This document shows, piece after piece, positions 11,993-25,500 of a stretch of DNA of 64,000 bases. A program made the translations under genes and the position numbers. Positions within the stretch are counted from its first letter, which is position 1. Each line of letters starts with the position of its first letter. Source of the stretch: Laetmonice hystrix (Eukaryota); NCBI GenBank assembly GCA_965235115.1, contig OZ249436.1:2048001-2112000 (forward strand). Reading direction: 5' to 3'. The notes beneath the pieces were generated by a model that did not search any database, was not told the origin of the DNA, and was given only the letters and a program-made list of their open reading frames with translations.

Positions 11993-14900
11993 TAGGTAAT
12001 GTCTGTACCGCTATCATACCTATTCATTCAGTATTAGGTAATGTCTGTACCGCTATCATACCTATTCATTCAGTATTAGGTAATGTCTGTACCGCTATCA
12101 TACCTATCCATTCAGTATGTCTGTACCTCTATCATACCTATCCATTCAGTATGTCTGTACCGCTATCATACCTATCCATTCAGTATTAGGTAATGTCTGT
12201 ACCGCTATCATACCTATTCATTCAGTATTAGGTAATGTCTGTACCGCTATCATACCTATCCATTCAGTATGTCTGTACCGCTATCATACCTATCCATTCA
12301 GTATGTCTGTACCGCTATCATACCTATCCATTCAGTGTGTCTGTACCGCTATCATACCTATCCATTCAGTGTGTCTGTACCGCTATCATACCTATCCATT
12401 CAGTATGTCTGTACCGCTATCATACCTATCCATTCAGTATGTCTGTACCGCTATCATACCTATCCATTCAGTATGTCTGTACCGCTATTATACCTATCCA
12501 TTCAGTATGTCTGTACCGCTATCATACCTATCCATTCAGTATGTCTGTACCGCTATCATACCTATCCATTCAATGTGTCTGTACCGCTATCATACCTATC
12601 CATTCAGTATGTCTGTACCGCTATCATACCTATCCATTCAGTATGTCTGTACCGCTATCATACCTATCCATTCAGTATGTCTGTACCGCTATCATACCTC
12701 TTCATTCAGTATGTCTGTACCGCTATCATACCTATCCATTCAATGTGTCTGTACCGCTATCATACCTATCCATTCAGTATGTCTGTACCGCTATCATACC
12801 TATCCATTCAGTATTAGGTAATGTCTGTACCGCTATCATACCTCTTCATTCAGTATGTCTGTACCGCTATCATACCTCTTCATTCAGTATGTCTGTACCG
12901 CTATCATACCTCTTCATTCAGTATGTCTGTACCGCTATCATACCTATCCATTCAATGTGTCTGTACCGCTATCATACCTATCCATTCAGTATGTCTGTAC
13001 CGCTATCATACCTATCCATTCAGTATTAGGTAATGTCTGTACCGCTATCATACCTATCCATTCAGTATGTCTGTACCGCTATCATACCTATCCATTCAGT
13101 ATGTCTGTACCGCTATCATACCTATCCACTCAGTATGTCTGTACCGCTATCATACCTATCCATTCAGTATGTCTGTACCGCTATCATACCTATCCATTCA
13201 GTATGTCTGTACCTCTATCATACCTATCCATTTGGTATGTCTGTACCGCTATCATACCTATCCATTCAGTATGTCTGTACCGCTATCATACCTATCCATT
13301 CAGTGTGTCTGTACCGCTATCATACCTATCCATTCAGTATGTCTGTACCGCTATCATACCTATCCATTCAGTGTGTCTGTACCGCTATCATACCTATCCA
13401 TTCAGTGTGTCTGTACCGCTATCATACCTATCCATTCAGTATGTCTGTACCGCTATCATACCTATCCATTCAGTTTGTCTGTACCGCTATCATACCTATC
13501 CATTCAGTATGTCTGTACCGCTATCATACCTATCCATTCAGTATGTCTGTACCGCTATCATACCTATCCATTCAGTATGTCTGTACCGCTATCATACCTA
13601 TCCATTCAGTATGTCTGTACCGCTATCATACCTATCCATTCAGTATGTCTGTACCGCTATCATACCTATCCATTCAGTATGTCTGTACCGCTATCATACC
13701 TATCCATTCAGTATGTCTGTACCGCTATCATACCTATCCATTCAGTATGTCTGTACCGCTATCATACCTATCCATTCAGTATGTCTGTACCGCTATCATA
13801 CCTATCCATTCAGTATGTCTGTACCGCTATCATACCTATCCATTCAGTATTAGGTAATGTCTGTACCGCTATCATACCTATCCATTCAGTATGTCTGTAC
13901 CGCTATCATACCTATCCATTCAGTATGTCTGTACCGCTATCATACCTCTTCATTCAGTATTAGGTAATGTCTGTACCGCTATCATACCTATCCATTCAGT
14001 ATGTCTGTACCGCTATCATACCTATCCATTCAGTATGTCTGTACCGCTATCATACCTATCCATTCAGTATGTCTGTACCGCTATCATACCTATCCATTCA
14101 GTATGTCTGTACCGCTATCATACCTATCCATTCAGTATGTCTGTACCGCTATCATACCTATCCATTCAGTATGTCTGTACCGCTATCATACCTATCCATT
14201 CAGTATGTCTGTACCGCTATCATACCTATCCATTCAGTATTAGGTAATGTCTGTACCGCTATCATACCTATCCATTCAGTATGTCTGTACCGCTATCATA
14301 CCTATCCATTCAGTATGTCTGTACCGCTATCATACCTATCCATTCAGTATGTCTGTACCGCTATCATACCTATCCATTCAGTATGTCTGTACCGCTATCA
14401 TACCTATCCATTCAGTATGTCTGTACCGCTATCATACCTATCCATTCAGTATGTCTGTACCGCTATCATACCTATCCATTCAGTATGTCTGTACCGCTAT
14501 CATACCTATCCATTCAGTATGTCTGTACCGCTATCATACCTATCCATTCAGTGTGTCTGTACCGCTATCATACCTATCCATTCAGTATGTCTGTACCGCT
14601 ATCATACCTATCCATTCAGTATGTCTGTACCGCTATCATACCTATCCATTCAGTATGTCTGTACCGCTATCATACCTATCCATTCAGTATGTCTGTACCG
14701 CTATCATACCTCTTCATTCAGTATTAGGTAATGTCTGTACCGCTATCATACCTATCCATTCAGTATGTCTGTACCGCTATCATACCTATCCATTCAGTAT
14801 GTCTGTACCGCTATCATACCTATCCATTCAGTATTAGGTACTGTCTGTACCGCTATCATACCTATCCATTCAGTATGTCTGTACCGCTATCATACCTATC

Positions 14901-15186
14901 CATTCAGTATGTCTGTACCGCTATCATACCTCTTCATTCAGTATTAGGTAATGTCTGTACCGCTATCATACCTATCCATTCAGTATGTCTGTACCGCTAT
15001 CATACCTATCCATTCAGTATGTCTGTACCGCTATCATACCTATCCATTCAGTATGCCTGTACCGCTATCATACCTATCCATTCAGTATGTCTGTACCGCT
15101 ATCATACCTATCCATTCAGTATGTCTGTACCGCTATCATACCTATCCATTCAGTATGTCTGTACCGCTATCATACCTATCCATTCA
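11993..15186. repeat. Minisatellite, 34-bp unit with a 42-bp variant
   Basis: ATGTCTGTACCGCTATCATACCTATCCATTCAGT; the variant adds ATTAGGTA. Confidence 0.98.
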
Positions 15187-15411
15187 ATCATTTGTGTCCC
15201 TGTAAAAAGTTCCACGACCAGCGCCATTTAGTATGTTAGAGGGACGATTCTCCCATCGAGTGTAATTTGTAATGATTGATGTCAGAGATGATGATTGAGG
15301 AGACAAGTTTCCGTGCCAGGACGAGGTCCGGCTCTGATCAATGTTTTACCGATCGTGTCTGGGGGATGATATTTACTCGGCATACAATATGTGGTTGTCG
15401 GCGTGATCATC

Positions 15412-16622
15412 CTCACGTCAAAACCTAACCACTAAACAATGGTTCTGACCCAACGAGACCCAACCATCCACGTGGTCTCACGTCAAAACCTAACCACTAA
15501 ACAATGGTTAGGTCAGTCTGGGTTCTGAACCAACGAGACCCAGCGGTCCACGTGGTCTCACGTCAAAATCTAACCACTAAACAATGGTCAGTCTGGGTTC
15601 TGACCCAACGAGACCCAACGGTCCACGTGGTCTGACGTCAAAATCTAACCACTAAACAATGGTTAGGTCAGTCTGGGTTCTGAACCAACGAGACCCAACA
15701 GTCCACGTGGTCTGACGTCAAAATCTAACCACTAAACAATGGTTAGGTCACTCTGGGTTCTGACCAAACGAGACCCAACCACCCACGTGGTCTGACGTCA
15801 AAATCTAACCACTAAACAATGGTTAGGTCAGTCTGGGTTCTGACCCAACGAGACCCAACCACCCACGTGGTCTCACGTCAAAACCTAACCACTAAACAAT
15901 GGTTAGGTCAGTCTGGGTTCTGAACCAACGAGACCCAACAGTCCACGTGGTCTGACGTCAAAATCTAACCACTAAACAATGGTTAGGTCTGTCTGGGTTC
16001 TGAACCAACGAGACCCAACAGTCCACGTGGTCTCACGTCAAAATCTAACCACTAAACAATGGTTAGGTCAGTCTGGGTTCTGAACCAACGAGACCCAACG
16101 GCCCACGTGGTCTGACGTCAAAATCTAACCACTAAACAATGGTCAGTCTGGGTTCAGACCCAACGAGACCCAACGGTCCACGTGGTCTCACGTCAAAATC
16201 TAACCACTAAACAATGGTTAGGTCAGTCTGGGTTCTGACCAAACGAGACCCAACGGTCCACGTGGTCTCACGTCAAAATCTAACCACTAAACAATGGTTA
16301 GGTCAGTCTGGGTTCAGACCCAACGAGACCCAACGGTCCACGTGGTCTCACGTCAAAATCTAACCACTAAACAATGGTTAGGTCAGTCTGGGTTCAGACC
16401 CAACGAGACCCAACCATCCACGTGGTCTCACGTCAAAATCTAACCACTAAACAATGGTCAGTCTGGGTTCTGACCCAACGAGACCCAACCGTCCACGTGG
16501 TCTCACGTCAAAATCTAACCACTAAACAATGGTCAGTCTGGGTTCTGACCCAACGAGACCCAACGGTCCACGTGTTCTCACGTCAAAATCTAACCACTAA
16601 ACAATGGTCTGACCCAACGAGA
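15412..16622. repeat. Minisatellite, 80/75-bp unit
   Basis: CACGTGGTCTCACGTCAAAATCTAACCACTAAACAATGG(TTAGG)TCAGTCTGGGTTCTGACCCAACGAGACCCAACGGTC. Confidence 0.96.
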
Positions 16623-16877
16623 AGACAGGTACAGCGGGCTTGGATGTAATCCAGTTGTGATAATACTGGGTTAATAGCACAAAGATAATGAAGACACATG
16701 AATAATACCAATATCAAGTTAGGTATGTTTGGCAATGTGTACACTTGATGCTTCGTTTGGTTGACAGTCAATTATCGTGGTGGAGTATGATTACTTCCTG
16801 CTGCTGCTGCTGGATGAGTTCCATTGTTCCTGTAGTAACACGTGCTCTGTATGTGAATGATAAATGTACACGTGTGA

Positions 16878-17072
16878 CTGACGCTTGTATAATGTGACGC
16901 TTGTATGATGTGACGCTTGTATGATGTGACGCTTGTATGATGTGACGCTTGTATGGTGTGACGCTTGTATGGTGTGACGCTTGTATGATGTAACGCTTGT
17001 ATGATGTAACGCTTGTATGATGTGATGCTTGTATGATGTAAACCTTGTATGATGTGACGCTTGTATGATGTT
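16878..17072. repeat. Minisatellite, 16-bp unit
   Basis: TGTGACGCTTGTATGA. Confidence 0.95.
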
Positions 17073-17121
17073 GAGAGTCACGTGTTATTATGTTCATACT
17101 TTAACTTAGATAAAGAACCGT

Positions 17122-18667
17122 CATCAATAATGTTATAAGAAAATCTCCGTAATCTCGACAGGAATGTGATAGTATGACCAGGGAGGTATATGACAGGAAT
17201 GGTGAGCGGTAACTGCCATCAGTTGTTATAAGAAAATCTCCGTAATCTCGACAGGAATGTGATAGTATGACCAGGGAGGTATATGACAGGAATGGTGAGC
17301 GGTAACTGCCATCAATTGTTATAAGAAAATCTCAGTAATCTCGACAGGAATGTGATAGTATGACAAGGGAGGTATATGACAGGAATGGTGAGCGGTAACT
17401 GCCATCAATTGTTATAAGAAAATCTCAGTAATCTCGACAGGAATGTGATAGTATGACAAGGGAGGTATATGACAGGAATAGTGAGCGGTAACTGCCATCA
17501 ATTGTTATAAGAAAATCTCAGTAATCTGCACAGGAATGTGATAGTATGACCAGGGAGGTATATGACAGGAATGGTGAGCGGTAACTGCCATCAATTGTTA
17601 TAAGAAAATCTCAGTAATCTCGACAGGAATGTGATAGTATGACAAGGGAGGTATATGACAGGAATGGTGAGCGGTAACTGCCATCAATTGTTATAGTAAT
17701 CTCCACAGGAATGTGATAGTATGACAAGGGAGGTATATGACAGGAATGGTGAGCGGTAACTGCCATCAATTGTTATAGTAATTTCGACAGGAATGTGATA
17801 GTATGACAAGGGAGGTATATGACAGGACTGGTGAGCGGTAACTGCCATCAGTTGTTATAAGAAAATCTCAGTAATCTCGACAGGAATGTGATAGTATGAC
17901 CAGGGAGGTATATGACAGGAATAGTGAGCGGTAACGGCCATCAATTGTTATAAGAAAATCTCAGTAATCTCGACAGGAATGTGATAGTATGACCAGGGAG
18001 GTATATGACAGGAATGGTGAGCGGTAACTGCCATCAATTGTTATAAGAAAATCTCAGTAATCTCGACAGGAATGTGATAATATGACCAGGGAGGTATATG
18101 ACAGGAATGGTGAGCGGTAACTGCCATCAATTGTTATAAGAAAATCTCAGTAATCTCGACAGGAATGTGATAATATGACCAGGGAGGTATATGACAGGAA
18201 TGGTGAGCGGTAACTGCCATCAGTTGTTATAGTAATCTCCCAGGAATGTGATAGTATGACCAGGGAGGTATATGACAGGAATGGTGAGCGGTAACTGCCA
18301 TCAGTTGTTATAAGAAAATCTCCGTAATCTCGACAGGAATGTGATAGTATGACAAGGGAGGTATATGACAGGAATGGTGAGCGGTAACTGCCATCAGTTG
18401 TTATAAGAAAATCTCAGTAATCTCGACAGGAATGTGATAGTATGACCAGGGAGGTATATGACAGGAATGGTGAGCGGTAACTGCCATCAATTGTTATAAG
18501 AAAATCTCAGTAATCTGCACAGGAATGTGATAGTATGACCAGGGAGGTATATGACAGGAATGGTGAGCGGTAACTGCCATCAATTGTTATAAGAAAATCT
18601 CAGTAATCTCGACAGGAATGTGATAGTATGACCAGGGAGGTATATGACAGGAATGGTGAGCGGTAAC
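17122..18667. repeat. Minisatellite, 93-bp unit
   Basis: CCATCAATTGTTATAAGAAAATCTCAGTAATCTCGACAGGAATGTGATAGTATGACCAGGGAGGTATATGACAGGAATGGTGAGCGGTAACTG; some units lack AAGAAAATCTC. Confidence 0.97.
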
Positions 18668-19310
18668 GACATGCCGCGTGTTGATGGAATTGGTTGGTGA
18701 ACTGATCACACCTGTAGATATGATGGCGTACAGGTAGGCTTAGGTAAACAATAGCTGTCAGTGTGCGGCGAGCTGGGTATACGTCACAATCAATGTTACA
18801 CAGTTATAACGCCGACCGCCAAATTATATTAATATAAATCTGTCACTTAAAACGTACGCCACTCTACGCCATGATTGATATAACAACATGGTATAAAAGG
18901 TACTTAATCTTTGACAGCATTAAACTTTACTTGAAATGTTTTAACAAAGAACAAATATGACCATTTTTCGTGTGGTACAAATGATAGAAAACCGCGACAA
19001 TAGGTTGTTTAAATTGATGCTAGACGCTACTGATAACAGAGGAAGTTTTTTTTCTCCGGGAGAGAAAAGTTTTACATTTACTATCTAACTGCAAACCAAG
19101 GCGTTGATTAATGTGTCCAATGACTGGGTATAGGCTATGGTGTCGTTTGAATCATGTGACCAGGATATTTGGAATGACCATTACGGTACACATCGCACGT
19201 GTATTCATAGCCCTACTGGACACCTGTAACTTTGTATCATTGAGAAATACTGGGCTCCCCTGTTCTTGGTGGCGTCCAGATTGATTGGCCACGTATACGG
19301 GCTCGTCAGA

Positions 19311-19500
19311 TTGGGCAGTAAATTTGGAGTAAATTTGGGCCGTAAATTTGGGCCGTAAATTTGGAGTACATTTGGGCAGTAAATTTGGAGTAAATTTGGA
19401 GTAAATTTGGGCAGTAAATTTGGAGTAAATTTGGGCAGTAAATTTGGGCAGTAAATTTGGGCAGTAAATTTGGAGTACATTTGGGCAGTAAATTTGGAGT
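19311..19500. repeat. Mixed 11/13-bp repeat
   Basis: AAATTTGGAGT and AAATTTGGGCAGT. Confidence 0.92.
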
Positions 19501-19726
19501 CAAGCTTCACCAAGAAACCGGGTACTGGTGTGGGTAATAAATCTGATCTACGATCATCTAATGTCCTGATATCTTGTCAACATCAACGTTTACAACAAGG
19601 TCCAGAGTTTCACAGACATGTGATATAACTTTCTCCTGAGATTCCTTCTCTCGATTTACATCGGTCTTACCAGCTGGGATTCGGCCCGCCCCACGGCCCT
19701 CCTCGCGCCCCTCCCCACGGCCCTTC

Positions 19727-20186
19727 CAGGGTTTCCGCCAGAGGGTAAAATGGGTAAAATTCCGTACCCTAAATTTTTTCCAGGGTACGGATCCGTACCC
19801 TCAAAATCGTTGGGTAACCATTTTTCCATGAAGTAATAAAAAAAGGCATGTGAATGGAAAATTGGAAAAAAATCGGAAAATCTAAATCCCCTTGAGAAAG
19901 CCCAGTACAGGTACAGTAGTCTGGGGTTGGATAGCCCCCCCCCCCCTCCCATAACACTGAAATTTTTCTCAATGGATTTGCATCGATCTCAAGAATGACC
20001 AAAATCACTTGAAAAAATCGGAATTCCGCCGATCGGCAGTTAAGATTCTCATGCCTGTAAAAACCTCCTGATGATGCCTTGAGCAATCGAGCCTGCGAGC
20101 GCATATGTTTGGAATATAGATGGCAACACTGGCGCTGGCCCCCTTCTCTGGTCCGTACCCTATTTTTTTTTCTGGCGGAAACCCCG
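19727..20186. mobile_element. MITE with about 16-bp TIRs (hAT-like)
   Basis: CAGGGTTTCCGCCAGA ... TCTGGCGGAAACCCCG. It sits in a CGGCCCTCCC-rich tract; a possible degenerate 8-bp TSD is GCCCTTCC/GCCCTCCC. Confidence 0.7.
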
Positions 20187-20625
20187 CCCTCCCATGCACG
20201 GCCCTCCCATGCACGGCCCTCCCCGCGGCCCTCCCCGCGGGGAGGGCAGCCTTTCAAAATAAAGGCTTGTTGAGATGTTTTTCGGTTCAAAGCCTGTCGG
20301 AAGAACGGATAATGTGGCAGGAAAAGGTTAAATCCGAGGTATCTCACTCCGTGGTGCTTCAGTCCTGTTCACCCCCTCCCCTAAACACCCCACCCCTTCA
20401 CCCCACCCCTCTAGCCGGCTCGGACTATGTTGCCTTTGGCTCCTCACAATGTTGTCTCGATCATCGGATAAAACAAGCGCTCGCTCGAACCCGACACAAA
20501 TTTCCTGGCTGTAGACACAGGCAAACATTGTGTGAGACGCTAGAATCCGACCACTAACTCATCCATTGAGAAAATGACAAGTGCAGGGCTGTCGGCGGAA
20601 GACGGCTAAAGAAAGTATGTTCTTG

Positions 20626-21860
20626 CACTGGACTCGAGCTCCGTGATCGCTCTGGGAATACTTTACAATGGGTAGGTTAACAGTACAGTCTCTCCACCTG
20701 TACTGGACTCGAGCTCAGTGATCACTCTGGGAATACTTTACAATGGGAAGGTTACCAGTGCAGTCTCTCCACCTGTACTGGACTCGAGCTCAGTGATCAC
20801 TCTGGGAATACTTTACAATGGGTAGGTTACCAGTACAGTCTCTCCACCTGTACTGGACTCGAGCTCAGTGATCACTCTGGGAATACTTTACAATGGGAAG
20901 GTTACCAGTGCAGTCTCTCCACAAGACTACCTGTACTGGACTCGAGCTCAGTGATCACTCTGGGAATACTTTACAATGAGTAGGTTACCAGTGCAGTCTC
21001 TCCACCTGTACTGGACTCGAGCTCAGTGATCACTCTGGGAATACTTTACAATGAGTAGGTTACCAGTGTAGTCTCTCCACCTGTACTGGACTCGAGCTCA
21101 GTGATCACTCTGGGAATACTTTACAATGAGTAGGTTACCAGTGCAGTCTCTTCACAAGACTACCTGTACTGGACTCGAGCTCAGTGATCACTCTGGGAAT
21201 ACTTTACAATGAGTAGGTTACCAGTGCAGTCTCTCCACCTGTACTGGACTCGAGCTCAGTGATCACTCTGGGAATACTTTACAATGGGAAGGTTACCAGT
21301 GCAGTCTCTCCACCTGTACTGGACTCGAGCTCAGTGATCACTCTGGGAATACTTTACAATGGGAAGGTTAACAGTGCAGTCTCTTCACAAGACTACCTGT
21401 ACTGGACTCGAGCTCAGTGATCACTCTGGGAATACTTTACAATGGGAAGGTTACCAGTGCAGTCTCTCCACCTGTACTGGACTCGAGCTCAGTGATCACT
21501 CTGGGAATACTTTACAATGGGAAGGTTACCAGTGCAGTCTCTCCACCTGTACTGGACTCGAGCTCAGTGATCACTCTGGGAATACTTTACAATGGGAAGG
21601 TTACCAGTGTAGTCTCTCCACCTGTACTGGACTCGAGCTCAGTGATCACTCTGGGAATACTTTACAATGGGTAGGTTAACAGTGCAGTCTCTCCACCTGG
21701 ACTGGACTCGAGCTCAGTGATCACTCTGGGAATACTTTACAATGGGAAGGTTAACAGTGCAGTCTCTCCACAAGACTACCTGTACTGGACTCGAGCTCAG
21801 TGATCACTCTGGGAATATTTTACAATGGGAAGGTTAACAGTGCAGTCTCTCCACAAGACT
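20626..21860. repeat. Minisatellite, 75-bp unit with an 83-bp variant
   Basis: CTGTACTGGACTCGAGCTCAGTGATCACTCTGGGAATACTTTACAATGGGAAGGTTACCAGTGCAGTCTCTCCAC(AAGACTAC). Confidence 0.97.
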
Positions 21861-22239
21861 GATACCAGAGAAAGGACTATTTCCACGAAGGCGATTTTCC
21901 TTTGACATCATTCTTTTATTTTACTGTGATCTTTAGATTAAAGAATGGAAACCACTTCCAGAAACAGGGAAGCCCCCCCCGCCCTATTCAGTTTTTTTTG
22001 TCTGCTTGCCGAGGACGCAAAGAGTGCAGTCGAAAAAGGTACGCCCCTTTGACAAAATCCGTGGGTGCACCACCCCCCCCCCCTACTTGACAGAATCCTT
22101 GATCCACCCCTGAGGGTCGCGTTTCATGTTCTGGTGATAGATTGGTATATTCCTGCCATCAGATTACTTTAGAAGGTAGCATGGAGGCCTTGCGAATGAA
22201 AGACGCTCGGCGGAAGAAGGAGGCGGATTTTAATGGATG

Positions 22240-22520
22240 GATAGATTGAGGTACCTTTGACAGGTCTGATATAGATTGAGGTACCTTTGACAGGTCTGAT
22301 ATAGATTGAGGTACCTTTGACAGGTCTGATATAGATTGAGGTACCTTTGACAGGTCTGATATAGATTGAGGTACCTTTGACAGGTCTGATATAGATTGAG
22401 GTACCGTTGACAGGTCTGATATAGATTGAGGTACCTTTGGCAGGTCTGATATAGATTGAAGTACCTTTGACAGGTCTGATATAGATTGAGGTACCTTTGA
22501 CAGGTCTGATATAGATTGAG
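22240..22520. repeat. Minisatellite, 30-bp unit
   Basis: ATAGATTGAGGTACCTTTGACAGGTCTGAT. Confidence 0.96.
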
Positions 22521-23098
22521 GAGAGATGGTATCACTGTCTGAGGCCTGTCGACCTGCCCAATTTGAGGTCAGTAAGGAGAGGTTGAGAGATGGTATCACT
22601 GTCTGAGGCCTGTCGACCTGCCCAATTTGAGGTTAGTAAGGAGAGGTTGAGAGATGGTATCACTGTCTGAGGCCAAGCCTGTCGACTTGCCCAATTTGAG
22701 GTTAGTAAGGAGAGGTTGAGAGATGGTATCACTGTCTGAGGCCTGTCGACCTGCCCAATTTGAGGTTAGTAAGGAGAGGTTGAGAGATGGTATCACTGTC
22801 TGAGGCCTGTCGACCTGCCCAATTTGAGGTTAGTAAGGAGAGGTTGAGAGATGGTATCACTGTCTGAGGCCAAGCCTGTCGACCTGCCCAATTTGAGGTT
22901 AGTAAGGAGAGGTTGAGAGATGGTATCGCTGTCTGAGGCCCGGCCTGTCGACCTGCCCAATTTGAGGTTAGTAAGGAGAGGTTGAGAGATGGTATCACTG
23001 TCTGAGGCCTGTCGACCTGCCCAATTTGAGGTTAGTAAGGAGAGGTTGAGAGATGGTATCACTGTCTGAGGCCAAGCCTGTCGACCTGCCCAATTTGA
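22521..23098. repeat. Minisatellite, 64/69-bp unit, directly abutting the 30-bp array
   Basis: GAGAGATGGTATCACTGTCTGAGGC(CAAGC)CTGTCGACCTGCCCAATTTGAGGTTAGTAAGGAGAGGTT. Confidence 0.96.
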
Positions 23099-23676
23099 GA
23101 ATCTTCCAGCGCCGACATGTAAATAATGGTAACCTGGCTACGCGGGGGCGGGGAGACGGAAGAAACTCTGTCTTCGTCCACATTGGCACGAACCCGGGGG
23201 TAGTTACCCCAGACGTGGGTGGAGTGAGGGTGGGAAAGGTACCTGACTGTCAGACACACCCTAGCCCGCCCACCCCGGACAGGGGTGGGGGTAGGGTGTC
23301 TGAACAGGGGGAGCAGTTCTTTAATGATCTCCGGCGGGTTCATATTGAACGTCTGCCAGAATGATGGAAGTGCCCGCCAACACATCGTTAATGGCCAACA
23401 CTAGCGTCTTCATCACTTTATCATCGACCCCCCCCCTCCCTCAGCCCCCCCCCCCCGCTCCCTCAGCCCCCCGCCCTCCCTCAGCCCCCCCCCTCCCCCC
23501 TCCCTCCGCCCTGCTTCTCGTCCCGAGGCGAGGACCATTGGGTAAACATGGGGCATTGGTATTTCTCTCTTTCCCTGTAAGTGATTTTGTCATTTCCAAA
23601 ATAAAGAAAGTTTTTCTCTTGCGGGTTTTAATTTTTGATATGTAAGTGTGGTGAAAACAAACAACCAGCAACATTT

Positions 23677-23854
23677 GGCCCTGGTTTTTAGTTTGCAAAC
23701 CGAGTCTTAAGATTCAAATCTTAAGACTGAACTCTTGTTTCAGAGCTTCTGATTGGTCCTTCAAATGAAGTTAGCCAATGAGAGACCATAACACATATCA
23801 GTCTTAAAATACCAGTCTTAAGGTTGGTAAAATGACAAACTAAAAACCGGGCCC
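23677..23854. mobile_element. About 178-bp MITE family member (Harbinger-like)
   Basis: GGCCCTGGTTTTTAGTTTG ... CAAACTAAAAACCGGGCCC; homologous along its full length to the copies at 43110 and 47129. Confidence 0.85.
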
Positions 23855-24265
23855 TGCTGTAGATAAATCTCACCCCGCATGGCCCGTCTAGTCTGTGTTC
23901 TAGGGCCAACCAATGATTGAATCGATGCTGTCACACTGTGCAGTGATGTTTGGTTGGGTGAACTTTACTGTAACCTCACCAACTTGGGACGGCTGCAGAG
24001 AACTAGGCCCAAACATTGTATAAATTCTTACTCAAGGGGGCCCAAACTGTATCATTTCCTGTAAGTGGGCCCAAACTGTATCAATTCCTGTTGAAATGGA
24101 CTCAGAGTGACCTGAGGTGCAATTATGTACTATACTATTAGGCCTACTATGTGGCGTGATTGAACATTTGTTCAACATGTTGGAAAGTCTACCCTCCGGA
24201 TATCTTTGCATATCGTGTGGATGGCATGGGATCGCAGGATAAGCCAGAGATAAGCCTGGCCTTAA

Positions 24266-24536
24266 AGGACCAGTGTGTTTTTTGAACGCCGCGTTGGGCG
24301 GCGCTGTTGTGTACATCCACACAGAACATAGTTCCCCACATCAATTCCCTAAAAATAAATTGTAGCGCAGCTACAACTAGGCCGCATAGTAAATAATATT
24401 ACGTGCATTATTTGAAACAGCTCAATTATATTTTAGTGTGATATCAATAGGTTCCTATAGGTGAGCGGAGTAGGTAACCGACTTGGCCCGGATATCCAGG
24501 GGGCGCCACCCTGTTTGACATGAATAAACTGGCCCT
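24266..24536. mobile_element. Non-autonomous TTAA-flanked DNA transposon (Kolobok-like)
   Basis: TTAA|AGGACCAGT ... ACTGGCCCT|TTAA, with TTAA at 24262-24265 and 24537-24540. Confidence 0.7.
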
Positions 24537-25500
24537 TTAAGGACTCACTGTGCAGCAGCAGGCATTATTTCTCTAACAGTTTCCTGCCTGATGGGGTCAC
24601 TTCCTCTGACAGCATAAAGCGAAGTGTGACCAGGAAATGGTTTTTAATGTCAGGTTTAAACACTTGTGAGGCGTGAGCAGTGAACAAAATGGCCATCTCA
24701 TGGTCTGAAACAATTATACCGGGCAAACCTTCTTTTTGTTTCCAATCAATCTTTCGGAAATGGTTTCAAATGTTTTCGGTATTATTTCCGGCTTGAATTC
24801 GTGGATAAAATGCATTTTTAACTGTGAATGTCATTATGACAAGTCGTTGTGACAATTATGAGCCGTTGTTATCCCTGAGACGCAGACGTGACATGTCCAA
24901 CTAGTTTGATGTCCAAAACGGGAATTTAGGGGCCTACAGCGGATCGAAACTTTACACGTGTGGAACAAACAGCAAGCGTGGATAGTTTTGGGCAGGACCT
25001 TTCTCCAAACTGGAAGAATCGTTCGCCATTGGCGAATCGGTGACGGCCTATGTGTATAGGGCTCTACAGAATGACTGGTCCATAATTGTTGATTGACAAC
25101 CCTCGGTTCTGGTATGGTTGCCCGTGGTGGACAAAAATCAAGAATATCTATAAAGGTATTCTGTTGTCACGTATCGACCCCCTCCCCGGATTGGCTGATT
25201 TAAAGTAGACATGTATGTTAATGTAGAGATAAATATATATAATCATGATAATCGTGATTTTTTAATTTACGGCCAATCATAACGGTGAAATGCCCGAATT
25301 GGCTGGCTGGCCGGGCCAGTGGACCATGCCCCATTTTTCAGTGAAGTTCAGTGCAGTTCAAGGAAGATCATGTTTTCAAAACATTTGTGGTACTTAAAGG
25401 GAACCAATTGCATCTTATGTTAGAAACTATATTCCAATTCAACTACTTCCGATATGCTACCTGTATGTTTGCAAATTCATCTCAGACCAGATGCCAATCG

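Noticed and set aside
7437..15239. Many overlapping long ORFs (for example VSDRASDGAERTPA, GTNGHSHCGYKW, MSVPLSYLSIQY)
   Set aside because: They are translations of 42-, 25- and 34-bp repeats, open in several frames and frameshifted by variant units, with no recognisable domain.
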